A stretch of DNA of 64,000 bases, taken from Octopus bimaculoides (Eukaryota). The notes beneath the pieces are model-generated. The model was not told the origin of the DNA. It saw only the letters and a program-made list of their open reading frames with translations, and did not search any database. A program made the position numbers and the translations under genes. The stretch spans positions 134,643,465-134,707,464 of the forward strand of contig NC_068981.1 in the NCBI RefSeq assembly GCF_001194135.2, in the 5' to 3' direction. Each line of letters starts with the position of its first letter. The first letter of the stretch is position 1. This document shows, piece by piece, positions 52,197-64,000 of this stretch.

Positions 52197-54359
52197 AATC
52201 TAACCAAATTTGAATGGTTGTGCATGTTACAAAAAATGTAATGACAAAAGCTGCAACAAAGAAATGCCCCCATTTTTTATTCAAGCATTTCATTTTGAGG
52301 ATTGATGTCAAAGCTTCATGGAATGACTTTATGAATGACCCTCTTAAAAATGTGTTTCAAAAGGCTGATATTTAAAAAAAAAATGTAACAGGTTTTTATC
52401 TGTTAACCATTGTGTAGAACATTTGTCATAATATCAGCATAAAAGTATAAAAGATTTTACATAGAATCTGTTTTCTCTGATAACCATGAACTAGTGGGGG
52501 GAAAAATTCTCAGTTCTGATGTGAAACTTGCAATTTGTACCCAGCTATTCTAAACTCCTATTTCAATGAATATATAATAACTATATCCTTTATATTACCT
52601 GCTTTCTTGTTCTATACCTGTAAAATGGAGATTAAATATCTAGAGCCACTTAAAGCTATGATCATTTTCTTTACCTTCTATCAAGATTTTTCTTTTTTAC
52701 TGTATCCTGCCATTCTTTCAATGCATTCCATCTTATGTTCTTTTCTTCTCTCTTTCTTTCTTATTCAGAAATTCATTTCTCTGGCCAAATTTATTTTGCT
52801 TCTATATCATTTTGTTAGTGTTGACGCTATAGTTCTTGTTTAGCTTTTTTTTTTTCTTTCTTTCTCTCTTTCTTTCCTTCTTTCTTCCTTTCTTTCTGTT
52901 TATATCTATGCTTCCTCTTTACTGTCAATAGCCATGTAAATCTGTTCTGAAAATTATTAGGTAATTTTCATAGGTGAAGAATACAAATCTTGCTGATTAT
53001 CTGTGTCTTTTCCTTCGAAACAAAAGATTTCTTCACATCTGTTAACAGATTAAACCAATTCAGTTGCAACAAAGTTGAATTAATGCATTTTGTTGCCAAT
53101 CTTGATGCAAGTAATTACTTCACATCATGTTGCGTTAACCAAAAATTTCTAATTCTCTTATTACAACAAAGGATAGATAATTGCATTTTCTTTTTCCTAA
53201 CAGTATAGTTAATAAATATCAATTAGATATTTATCAGAGTTAGTTTGACATTTCTCTTTTCTTTTTAAGCTCTTGCCATTGTTATTTATCATATTTCAAG
53301 TATTTTTTCTATACAAACCTATCTTTTATGTAAATAATAGTTAGCCTCAGAAATTAATACATTATTTCTACTGCAAGTTAAAATGATATTTGTTGACAAA
53401 CTTGCTTATTAAAATCATTTTCAGTTACTATCTTTAACTAGATCACTTTAACAATTGTAATTAATAACATTCTGACAATCATAATTAATAAAAGAAAATA
53501 CATCATTAGCCATCTTTATATTAATGCTATGGAGTATTTCAGATGGTAATTTACACTTTATTAGAATCTTGCTTTTGTTTCTGGAGAATTATCAACTAAT
53601 CTACCATCGGATATACAGATGAATAAAGTTCCTTGTTTGTGTGCTGTTTACTTTCTTAGTTTCACAAAAGAAATTGAAATTAACAAACTACATTCTGTAA
53701 GGAAATCAGAGAATTTTCAGTTTGTATTTTATCAGGGATAAAATATTAGATTCATAATTAACTTAATTAGCTTTCCTCCAGATAAGAGGCCTCATATACA
53801 TCTTTATTCATGTCGATATCTTCCTGTCTGTATTTACATTTAGATTATATATATAGATGTGTGTGTGTGTGTAAAATTTCAAAGTTCGTTCTGTAGAATA
53901 TATACCTAGACATGATAATTCATTATAATTCAAAGATTTTTTTAGCTTCTTTAATAAGGATTAAAAAGATACAAATTTAAGTAACTATAAAATATCACAT
54001 CACTGTGGTGTTTAACCCTGTCATGGCAATACTTTTGATGAAATACTCTACTGGTGTACTTCAATTAGTTTTGAAAATAATTAAGAATTTGGAAAGATTT
54101 AGAAACATAAATAAATTTTTCATTATTAAGTTGGTTTTTGGAAGATAGTTTTATAAAAAGGACTTAAATATAATAATGATAAAATATTTTAATTTAGATA
54201 TGAATACTTCAGAACAAGTTTTATATCATAGAATCAGGGGCTATCTCATGTAGATTAATATCAAAAGAATTAAGTTATTTTCCAGTTACCCTACCTAATT
54301 TTATGATTATTGGTATATCCCTTTTGGAAATAGTTACCAGTCCTTAGGCTATATTTGAG

Positions 54360-54416
<57 letters not shown>

Positions 54417-54429
54417 NNNNNNNNNNAAC

Positions 54430-57400
54430 TACCCTAGGCTGCTGTGTCTGTTTTGGCAGAGATTTTACAGCTTGATGTCCTTCCTAACACCAACCACTCC
54501 ACAGAGTGGACTCAATGCTTTTTACATGGCACTAGCACAGGCAAGGTTAGTTTTGGCATGGTTTTTACAGCTGGATGCCCTTCCAAATGCCAGCCATGTT
54601 ACAGTGTGGACTGGATGCTTTTGATGTTGCACCAGCACTGGTAAGATAAACAAGTAACTTGCAAGACAAGGAATTATGAAAGGGGCAGAGCATTTGAGGA
54701 GGGGAAATTGTGTCAGAGGATGAAAGTTTAAGAGTGTGATAGAGAGACAAGCAGGTGTCTCGCCACAAGAGGGGCATTAGAGGAGGTGATCCAGTATCAG
54801 ATGATGAAAGGTTAGAGTGCAACAGACAAATAGCAAGGCAGGACTAGGTGCCTTGCTATAGAGGAGTTACATGGTTACCCAGTGAGAGAGAGAGAAAAGA
54901 GATAAAGAGTGAGATAGTGGTACAAGAAAGAGGCCAGAAACAAGTGTGCTAATGTAAAAGAGGTCTTTAGCTACATACTTAGTGGAAATACAAGAGGAGA
55001 GAGAGAGTGACCAAAGGCAAGAGAGAAAGAGAGAGTAGGAAAGAGCAAAAGTGTAACAGAGAACAGAAAAGAGATGGTGTAGTGCTAGGGTATACTCACA
55101 GGTAACAAAAATGTGAGAAAAATAGGGTGTGAGTGTTGGTGGAGTGAGAAGTAGCAATACAGGGAGCAGGGCAGTGAGGGTAAGAAAGGGGATTGGAAAA
55201 CAATAATCTATGATGAGGAAGAGAAAGATGCAGTTAGAAGAGGAGTTGTAGTTTGGTTTCTTAGGGTAGAGTGTGTGAAAAGTGTGTTGTTACAGGTGGG
55301 TGGGGCACAACTTTTCTAGCAATCGGTTTCATGGACAGGTCTTCTCTAGAAAAAATAATTGAAAAAATTTGGAGTCACCAAGAAGGAGTATGGCTGGACA
55401 TTTATTTTTCAATCACTTCAATGGTTTCTTTGCAACGTAGTTCTCCAGGCATGCAGGTACTTGATTATGCAACCGTTTTCCCAGGAAAACGGTTTCATAA
55501 TCAAAGACAAAGAGAGTGACCAAAGAGGAAGAGAGAGAGAGAGAGAGTAGGAAACAGCAAAAGTGTAAGAGAGAGCAGAAGAGGGATGGTGTAGTGCTAG
55601 GGTATACTCACAAGTAACAAGAATATGAGCATAGAACCTGGTTAGAAAAATAGGGTGTAGGAATAGATGTGGGTGGTAGAGTGTGTTAGGAGCAGTGATA
55701 CAGTGAACACCACCACAGTGAAGGCAAGAAAGGAGATTGGAAAACAATCATAATGTATGAGGAAGAAATGTGAGGAAAAGAAACATGCAATTAGAAGAGG
55801 AGTTTGATTTTTTTTAGGATAGAGTAAGTGAAAAGTGTGTTGTTACATGTGGGTGGGACACAACTCTTCTAGCAATCAGTTTCATGGACAGGTCTTCCCT
55901 AGGACCTTATATTGCCAAACATCTCAGTCTGCTGTCATTTCGTCCATGAGCCCCAATATTCTAAGGTTAGTCCTCACCACTTCATCCCATTTCTTCCTGG
56001 GTCTCCCTCTTCCACAAGTGCCATCGACTTTCACTGACAGGCACTTCTGTATACAGCTATCTGTGCTCATATGCATCACATGTCCAAACCAATGCAGTCT
56101 CCTCTGCTGCATACCACACTTAATCCCTCTTATGCCTGACTTTTCTCTCAACACAGTTGTGCTCTATCAATCATGCACACTGATGTTACAAATCCAACGG
56201 ATAATACTACTTTCATTCTTCTCCAGCCTACGCATGTCCTCCACAGTCAGAGCCCATGTCTCACTACCATGTAACATAGCTATTCTCACACAAGCATCAT
56301 AGTAGTTCTCTAAACTTCCTCCACCCTACTTTTATTCTAGAAACAATACTTTCATAGCATCCACCACCATTACTAATTTGGTCACCTAAATAGCAGAAAC
56401 TATTTACTACCTCACAGAGCCTCCTGGGTATTTGAGAGAGTTTAAGTCCCTCATTCTCTTAGTACTTACTGTTCTTGTGCATCTGCCACACATGAAAGCA
56501 ACCTTATCTGATAATCTTCCCACGATTCCACTGCATCTCATAGGTTGCACTTGGTGCAGCAAATGGAATTATATTCCACTCCTTTCCTGCATATTAAACA
56601 GCGCTATTTGCCAGCTAGAATGAGAGTCTTAGCTCCTTTCTTGTTAGGAACTTTAGTTAAGTTAAATTTAAGGCCCTTTGATTCCAGGTTTTGCTTCCAA
56701 ACCTGGAACTTCTCCAATTCTGCTTCAGATTCTGCAATAAGAGCAAGATCATCAGCATATATTAGTTCTCATCCAGCTTTGGCCTGTTGTGGCATGGAGA
56801 ACTATGATAAGTAAGAGTGGACTAAGAACTGATCCCTGGTGTACTCCAACTTGTATGTTAAATTCATCAGTGTATTCAAAACCAACTCTCACCTTAGTGA
56901 CAGCATCGCTGTACATGGCTTGAGCTGCTCTAACAAGCCACTGCTCTACTCCTAGCTTCCTTAGAGACCATCAAATAAGAGAGCAGGGAGCCTGGTCAAA
57001 AGCTTTCTCCAGGTTGATGAAGGCTAAATACAATGGCTTACTTTTGATCAAATACTTTTCTTGCAACTGTCTCACGATGAAGATGGCATCTGTGGTACTT
57101 CTCCCAGAAACAAAACCAAACTGCATCTCATCTAGTTTAATTCTATCCCTAATTAGTTGAGATATAACTCACTCTGTAATTTTCATAACCTGATCCAGCA
57201 GTTTGATACCTCTGTAGTTGTTTCTATCTAAGGCATCACCTTTACCTTTGTAGCAGCTGGCTATAATACTGCTACACCAGTCTTTGGGGATGAAGCCTTC
57301 CTGAATAACCTGATTAACTATGTGAGTGACTAGGCTGTATCCCATACTGCCCGGTATTTTCATTATCTCAGCAGTGACACCCGATGGTCCAGGGGCTTTC

Positions 57401-57953
57401 CTAGTCTTCATTTTCTTAATTGCTATCCACTGTGATAGCTGGTTCAATATTTGAAAGTGTCTCCTTCTCCCAATCATTCTCCACATTTAACAATCTTTCA
57501 TAATGGCATCTCCATGCATCTTCTGTGAGTTACTAAGTGCAAGCATACCATCATCCATTCAGACACATTTCTCACCTACCACATCTCTATTCTCTCTGAT
57601 ACACTGCTTTGCAATCTTGAACACCTCCTGCCTCTGATCCTCATGCTGCATAACATTGGCAAACTTCTTACCTTCTGCTATTCTTTTTGCAATGTAAACC
57701 TGTCACCTAGCCTCCCTTCTGGCTCCCTGGTATAATGCTTTGCTTCCACTGTTTTTCCAGTCCTTCTAGGCCTGTCTCTCTGCTTTTATAGCACTGTCCA
57801 CCTCCTTGTTCCACCACCAAGTCGTCCTCTACCTGGCTGGGACTTTGCATCAACTACAGATTTGGTCAACGGCACCCAGTAAATTGTCCCGCAGGAATTT
57901 CCATTTGTCCTCTAAGCTATGTCTCTTCCTCCTCCTCCTCCTCCTCCTCCTCC

Positions 57954-58022
<69 letters not shown>

Positions 58023-58340
58023 GGGGCCTCCAGTAGAATGTCTCTAAACTTTTGTTGGTTTGCTGGGTCTTTAAGCTTCCATAATCTCCTTTTCCAGCAT
58101 GGTTTATGTCTTTGAGTCTTTCTAGCCTAATTCTGAAATCACTAACTAGTAGCCTATATTGGGTTGTATAATCCTCACCTGAAAAAGACTTTGGATCTGT
58201 GAGCATCTGCTTGTTTCCTTGCCTGGTGAGGAGATAATCAACCTGGCTTATATTCCCACCAGACTGACAAGTAATTAGGTGGCTAGCTGGCTTTCTAAAG
58301 TTAGTGTTGCAAATCATTATATTATCTTCATGGTGTTTGA
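54430..58340 (-). mobile_element. Degenerate 5'-truncated RTE-clade LINE (end of endonuclease, RT, long 3' UTR)
   Basis: Fragments ICNTNFRKP...QVDYLL, KAPGPSGVTAE...YRGIKLLDQVMK, a YADDL region (gcatatatt/gatcatcagc at about 56750) and RRLHWFGHV...GRPRKKW. Many stops and frameshifts. Confidence 0.92.
57928..58020. repeat. (CCT)9(CAT)22 microsatellite inside the RTE coding region
   Basis: Seen directly; it produces the poly-M/poly-R run of ORF 57850-58368. Confidence 0.95.
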
Positions 58341-58785
58341 TCATTGGCACTCTGAGATTCATTTTCATTTTGCCTTGACATTTCAGTATTTCATATTATA
58401 TCTCTTTTTCAGTAATCCATATTAAACATATTTATTTTTAACTACTACAGTACAAAGACAATGTAGCTTATAAATAAATATGTATACAGAGTCATATCTC
58501 TATGTTTAATAAACGTATATTTAGTCTCACTGCGAACAGAAACCCATTTGGACCTTTTCAATAGTTATTTAACAATTTACCAGGGTTCACTAACTTTCCC
58601 AAACTACTGATGATAGTAGTTTGAAGGGTAGTTATTAAAATAGTTTCTTGTTAGTTTCTGATTGAAATGAGAAACAGCTATTTCCCAGGGGAATTTATTA
58701 AAATGGATATGACTCTGTGGTGAGGCATGTATTGGTACAAGGTTGTCAGCCAGACAACTACAAGAATACCAATATCATGCGAGTT

Positions 58786-58987
58786 TCAAACTTTGGCACA
58801 AGGCCGGCAATTTTGAAGAAGGGACTAAATCGATTCCATCAACCTCATTGCTCAACTGGTACTTATTTTATTGACCCCGGATGGATGGAAGGCAACGACA
58901 ACCCCAGCGGAATCTGAACTCAGAACATAAAGACAAATGAAATACTGCTAAGGATTTTGCTTGGTGTGCTAGCAATTATGCCAGCTT
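58786..58987 (-). mobile_element. tRNA-derived SINE with a V-domain-like core and a 17-bp TSD
   Basis: gccttccatccatccggggtcaataaaataagtacc on the minus strand; TSD ccaatatcatgcgagtt / ccaataccatgtgagtt. Confidence 0.7.
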
Positions 58988-59029
58988 CCAATACCATGTG
59001 AGTTATGAATAAATAAGATGGAAGAATGT

Positions 59030-59500
59030 CAGGGCTGGATTAAGACCCTAATCACTTAAAAAGTTTTAGTGCCCCCACATATATGTAATCCAGAATATAA
59101 ACAACAAAAATAATCCATGAAATGAAACAAAACTAACAGTAAGATAGAAAAGAATATTTATTTTTGTATACTTCCACTTTATTTACATTTGGAAAGTTTT
59201 CTTCTACTTTAATTGCAAAGTCTTTGGACAGATCTTCAAAATAAATCTTACATAACGCATCTGCTTCTCTTCTTAGTAAAAATAAAACATCCAACCTGCC
59301 TTGTTGCATAGTTGTTTTGATGAGATTTTTAATATACTTCAACTGAGAAAATGAACGCTTAGTTGAGCAATTTGTGACCATTAATGTTAAAAATATACAA
59401 AAGGTAATGTCTACATTTGGAAAGGCACCTTCAATAATGTTTAATTTAGCAAGTTTAAGACGATTTCTAATGTGCCATAAACTAATTAGAACTTTTGTGG
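59030..59500 (-). mobile_element. hAT transposon 3' fragment
   Basis: C-terminal dimerisation motif FPNVDITFCIFLTLMVTNCSTKRSFSQLKYIKN...RL and a CAGGGCTGGATTAAG hAT-like terminus at 59030. Confidence 0.85.
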
Positions 59501-60378
59501 TGCCCATTCTAAACTGCCAAAAGAACCCCTGAGACATATTGGTACAAGTTGTCAGTCAAACAACTACTATAGTACTAATACAGTGTGAGTTATGAATAAA
59601 TAAGATGGGTGAATGTTCATTCTAAGCTGCCAAACAGAACCTTGGAGGCTGATTTCACAAGGAGACTAAATATGCAAAGATGTGATTTCATATATTATTT
59701 AATTATTTTTAACACAAACAAAACTCTTCTGAGTTTGATTATTCCTTATTGTTTCAGATCAATATAAAAAAAAAAAAACTAAGTAAAATCTCACCTTCAC
59801 CATTCTTTATTTTCTCTTAGTTGAACTGATTCTCACCAAATGATATATTCAAACCTTTATTTCTTGTCTGATAATCTTATTAGTTTATATCACAATCAAT
59901 GAAAATTGCCTAGTATTGATTACTATTACTGATTTATTATTTGATTTATTTTTCTTGCCCTTGGTTCTGGAAATAAACTTCGTTATGTGTTTATATCAAA
60001 ATTGGAGTAGTATATTTGTATTGAATGATATTTTCTTCTCTAATTAAACATTATCTTCCCATTGAAATATGTTGGCTTCATTTCACTGTCTTCAATTTCA
60101 TTTTCTTTGAATATCAGAAACCTAAACAGTTTGATAAATTGATAATAATGCACCAAGTCATATTTCTTTTAATTTATACTAGATTAAGAAATTCAATAAA
60201 GAAGCCACTAGTATACAGTTTATGTCATAAAAATCTCTGTTTGCCATTTATATTCTTACTCTACTCTCCATTTCTCAAATCTGTGATATCACTTGAATGA
60301 ATTGGCATTTATTTTCTTCCATTTTTAATTGTTACATTTTTTTATATAATCTTGCTGATGCCATTGTCATCAGTTAGT

Positions 60379-60449
<71 letters not shown>

Positions 60450-61296
60450 TAATATACACACACACACACACATTTACAAACTGTTTTCTTCTAAAAATTT
60501 TTCATTAACTGTACTGTGCAAAAATACTGTATCGACTGAATTTCTGTCTAAAAATGTAACCTTAATCAAATATGTTTACAAAACAACTAGGAGCTGTGGT
60601 ATGTACAGTTAAAAATAAAATTTTGGATAACACAGTCGCACACATACTCACATATATTCTGAAATCTCATAATTCTTTCTTTATTTTTGTTTTTCTGTTT
60701 CAAGGTTTTTGAGGGACAGAGGAGGTTGTTATGCAAATTACTGCTTGACAAAAGCTATTTGTGACTTTTTTGTATATGTAAAAACCTATGTTTATTGGTC
60801 AAGTGAGGAAGAGAGTTGTCTCTATTTCACTGATCCAATATGATTGAAATATGTATGTTGTTGTCACCTTTGCTAAAAAGATCAGGGGCTTTTTTCCCCT
60901 TTAAATATGAGAATTAATTGTTTTTTTAATTAATTCTCAATCTATTGAAATTATTTTCTCTTTTCTGTGTGAATTTCTATTGAATGTCACTTGGTTTGGA
61001 CCAAGAGGAAGATTTCAATTTATTAAGAATTATTTGTACTCCAGCATAGTCACAGCCTTAAGGCTGAAACATGTAAAAGAATAAAAGAAAACATCATTCA
61101 GTGTATTTATATATATCTGGTTCTTCTTCAGTTTCTTTTTGATTTATATATTACAAAAGAAAAAGTGATTGTTTGAAATGAAAGAGTACATTTGAAGAAG
61201 CTGATTGATAAGTTAATGTTCAAAATGATCAAGAAATGAATTAATATAAATTACTTATTATAAACATTAATTAATTTTTATTTTTGTCTGTTGCAG

Positions 61297-61612
61297 GATG
61301 AAATGGAGGATGGCTGCCTCAAAGTTGGTCTCGGTAGCCATCCCGAGTCAACTCTGTCTGACACAGCCCTCAATGAGACTCCAGGGATAGGTTCTTCTAA
61401 GGAAAACCCAGTAAACCAGGAAGAAGTGGAATTGCAACCACTAATCTCCCATATTTCTGCGATGGACCGAGGTGCTTGTATGGGCCATATCTCCACACTG
61501 CATGATGAGGTGGAAAAAATATTTGAAACTCCTCCACGATTCAACATTGATTCTTTATCAACGGGAGAAGTCTGTCAGGATCAGCACCGGTTTGGCGAGG
61601 ATGATTATAAAA
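61297..61612 (+). CDS. Coding exon of an unidentified protein (DEMEDGCLKVGLGSHPES...QDQHRFGEDDYK), phase 0 in, phase 1 out
   Basis: Acceptor tttttgtctgttgcag| and donor AAAA|gtatga. The frame is open for 105 codons with protein-like, acidic composition. It has 8 CpG in 316 bp and higher GC than the AT-rich flanks, and resembles no TE. An internal ATG at 61303 (GAAATGG) could also serve as a start. Confidence 0.85.
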
Positions 61613-61838
61613 GTATGATAATATAATTTTAATACTCTGACATTTTATCATCATGATCTATCTTTTACTTTTGTGTTATGCAGATCCACACTTGACTCTG
61701 TAGCAACATGTTCTCTGTCAATCATGTTTTCTTTAGTTAACATTTTAATTCTTAGTAATCACTGCAACTAACTGTTACTAATCCCAAATATTTGCTAATC
61801 AGTTTTCTTCACTTAAAATTGTATGTGTGTGTGAAATG

Positions 61839-62185
61839 AGGTACAGGCATGGTTTTGGGTCCAATGTCACTGCGTGATACGTTGGGTAAGTTTCTTCTGC
61901 TATAAACCACCAAAGCCCTGTAGTAGACAGAAATTGAAAGAAGCCCATTATGTATGTGTGCATGTGTCTTGACATCACATGTTGTAAGCAAGTGTCACTA
62001 TCTTAGAAACAATATGATTCATTTCCAACCTTCTGTGAAAACATGCCCTGCCAAGGGGAAATCCTACCTCACTTGGAAACAAGTGAGGGTTGGTGACAGG
62101 AAGGGCATTTGATCATAGAAAATCTGCCTCAACATATTTTATCTGATCCATGCAAGCATGGAAAAGTGATCATTAGAACAGTGAC
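61839..62185 (+). mobile_element. SINE with an RTE-like tail
   Basis: Head/CORE segment plus ...ggaagggcat...catgcaagcatggaaaagtg. Confidence 0.75.
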
Positions 62186-63182
62186 AATATAGGAAATAGG
62201 AAAAGACTTGAATCAATGATCAGAGAAACTAGAAATCCAAAAAGGACTCTTTACAAATTAAAGATAATTGTAGAGAAAATAGCTGCATTCCATAGATGTA
62301 ATGTTTTAGTAAAAAATCTCCATTTTAGCATATTCAGTAGCTCTGAAAGCAGAGAAATCAAGGAAATTATTGGAGCATATATATAGAGAGAAAGAGCGGA
62401 TGGAAGGCGGGGACACCACTTGAGAACCAGTGTTGGTTTGTTCACAACCCTGTAGCATAGCAGTTTGACAAAAAGGACTGATAGAATAAATTCCAAACTT
62501 TAAAAGAAAAGCACTGAGGTCAATTTGCTCAACTAAACCCTTCAAGGTGCATGCCAGCATGTCCACAGTCCAGTGACTGAAACAAATAAAAGACAAAAGG
62601 TAAAGATGAGGTATACAAACTACTTTCTCATGCCAGGTAAATATTTAAAGGTAGAAGTCCACTTTATAGGTTGTCATAGCATGCAGAGGCAGCTATTTAA
62701 CTTTTTCTACTGATAAAATAATAAACTTTTTAACCTGAAACTAAAAGTAAACACTAAACCTGATACAATTGATATCTTATTTAGCTTGAAAAGGAAAAGA
62801 AAGAATTAAATAGAAAATGAGAGGGGAACCAATAGAAGGCTAAAAATAAATATTCCAGAACCTTTGTTACTGACTGTCTACTTATTTAAACAATTCACAG
62901 AATATACAGTTGTGATTTTGCAATTAAGGTTGACAAATTGGTTTTACCAGAAGAAAGAATGATATTGGCCATTTTGTTTTTGAGATAACTGAAGTAGCAG
63001 AGATATTGGTAACTGTTCTGCAAGTTGGAAAAAAAATAGTTATTCATTCTTACAGAAAAATGAAGGTGCAGATACCTTTTAAATTATTTTTTCAAATTTC
63101 TTTTTAATAGATTGATGTTACTTTGTTAATACGAAAAAAGTTTCCTTAGATTTTAATAATTAATTTGTTAACAGTTACTGAA

Positions 63183-63570
63183 TCACCATCATTTTAATGC
63201 CTACTTTTCCATGCATGGATCAGAGAGAATTCATTGATGCAAATTTTCCATGGTCAGATACACTGCTTGTTGCCAACCTTCATTTGCATCCAAGCAAGGT
63301 AATATTTCCCATGACAGGACATGTTTTCATGGGAGATTAGAAACAAATAACACTGCTTGTATATTGTAAACACTTATTTACAACTATTACATGATGTCAA
63401 GACAAAGAGCTACACACACACACATATGACAGAATTATTTCAGTTGCTATCTACCAAATCCACTCACAAGGCCTTGGTTGACTTGGTGCTATAGTAGAAG
63501 ACACTTGCCCGAGATGCCATGCAGTGGGACTGAACCTGAAATCATGTGGTTGGAAAGTAAATACCTGTGC
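63183..63570 (-). mobile_element. SINE with an RTE-like tail, inverted relative to 61839-62185
   Basis: Reverse-complement homology. Confidence 0.75.
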
Positions 63571-64000
63571 TTTAGTAATAATAATAAAAAAAATCATATC
63601 TTTACCATCACAAAAAATGTTTTGGCTACATTACATCATAGCTTTTCTAGTTGTATTAAACTACTGTTATAAGTGGCATCAATCAGTTTTGTTTATTGTA
63701 ATGAATAAATCATTTGAGTTTAGCTATGATCAAATATGCAGGTATTAATTCTGTTTTTATTGACATTTTCAAACTTAATTCACTTAGCCAGAGACAGATG
63801 GAAATGTGTGAAACCACTTAATGCGTGCCAAGCGTTTTAAAATAAGAAACTCACTTTTGTCTTAACTCTAAGTAAATGTTAACTTTGTGTAAATCTCATA
63901 TTTGACCACTCATTAAATAATAACAAAGTGATAAATCTTTATAATGACAAAAATATTCCCCTTTTGAAAGTGTTTCTCACTTCAGTCTATTTAAACAGCA

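Noticed and set aside
57806-58036. Poly-L/poly-I ORF and similar HT/SL/YI-repeat ORFs across the window
   Set aside because: Microsatellite read-through.
60705-60802. Strong acceptor (tttcaag|) 600 bp upstream of the coding exon
   Set aside because: The phase-0 frame stops after 19 codons, the donors are weak, and there is no other support.
61291-61626. ORF-track start (TTG, MQ) and end (SMII*)
   Set aside because: These ends are intronic; the exon is 61297-61612.

Overview
AT-rich, CpG-depleted, repeat-dense eukaryotic DNA with 7 N-gaps. The SINE, RTE and MITE families and the microsatellite load look like an Octopus (coleoid cephalopod) genome; this is inferred from remembered repeat consensus, not from a search. 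Most of the window appears to be intron of one + strand protein-coding gene. I can support one strong coding exon (61297-61612) and one probable start-codon exon (21685-21750, MPKKRQGKVTNKEV); they are phase-compatible across about 39.5 kb. I cannot name the protein. The rest is decayed transposons: a full-length mariner, a double-5'-end mariner, RTE, Dong/R4-like and CR1/L2-like LINEs, hAT and pogo fragments, TTAA- and TA-flanked MITEs, and many tRNA-derived SINEs. Nearly all ORFs in the supplied track are TE remnants, microsatellite read-through or N-gap artefacts. I found no CRISPR array, rRNA, true tRNA or clearly new multi-gene system. The most interesting observations are two degenerate Penelope-type hammerhead ribozymes, a 288-bp foldback that carries a ready-made cassette exon upstream of the start exon, and several reconstructable nested rearrangements. 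TE boundaries are approximate unless TIRs or TSDs are given.
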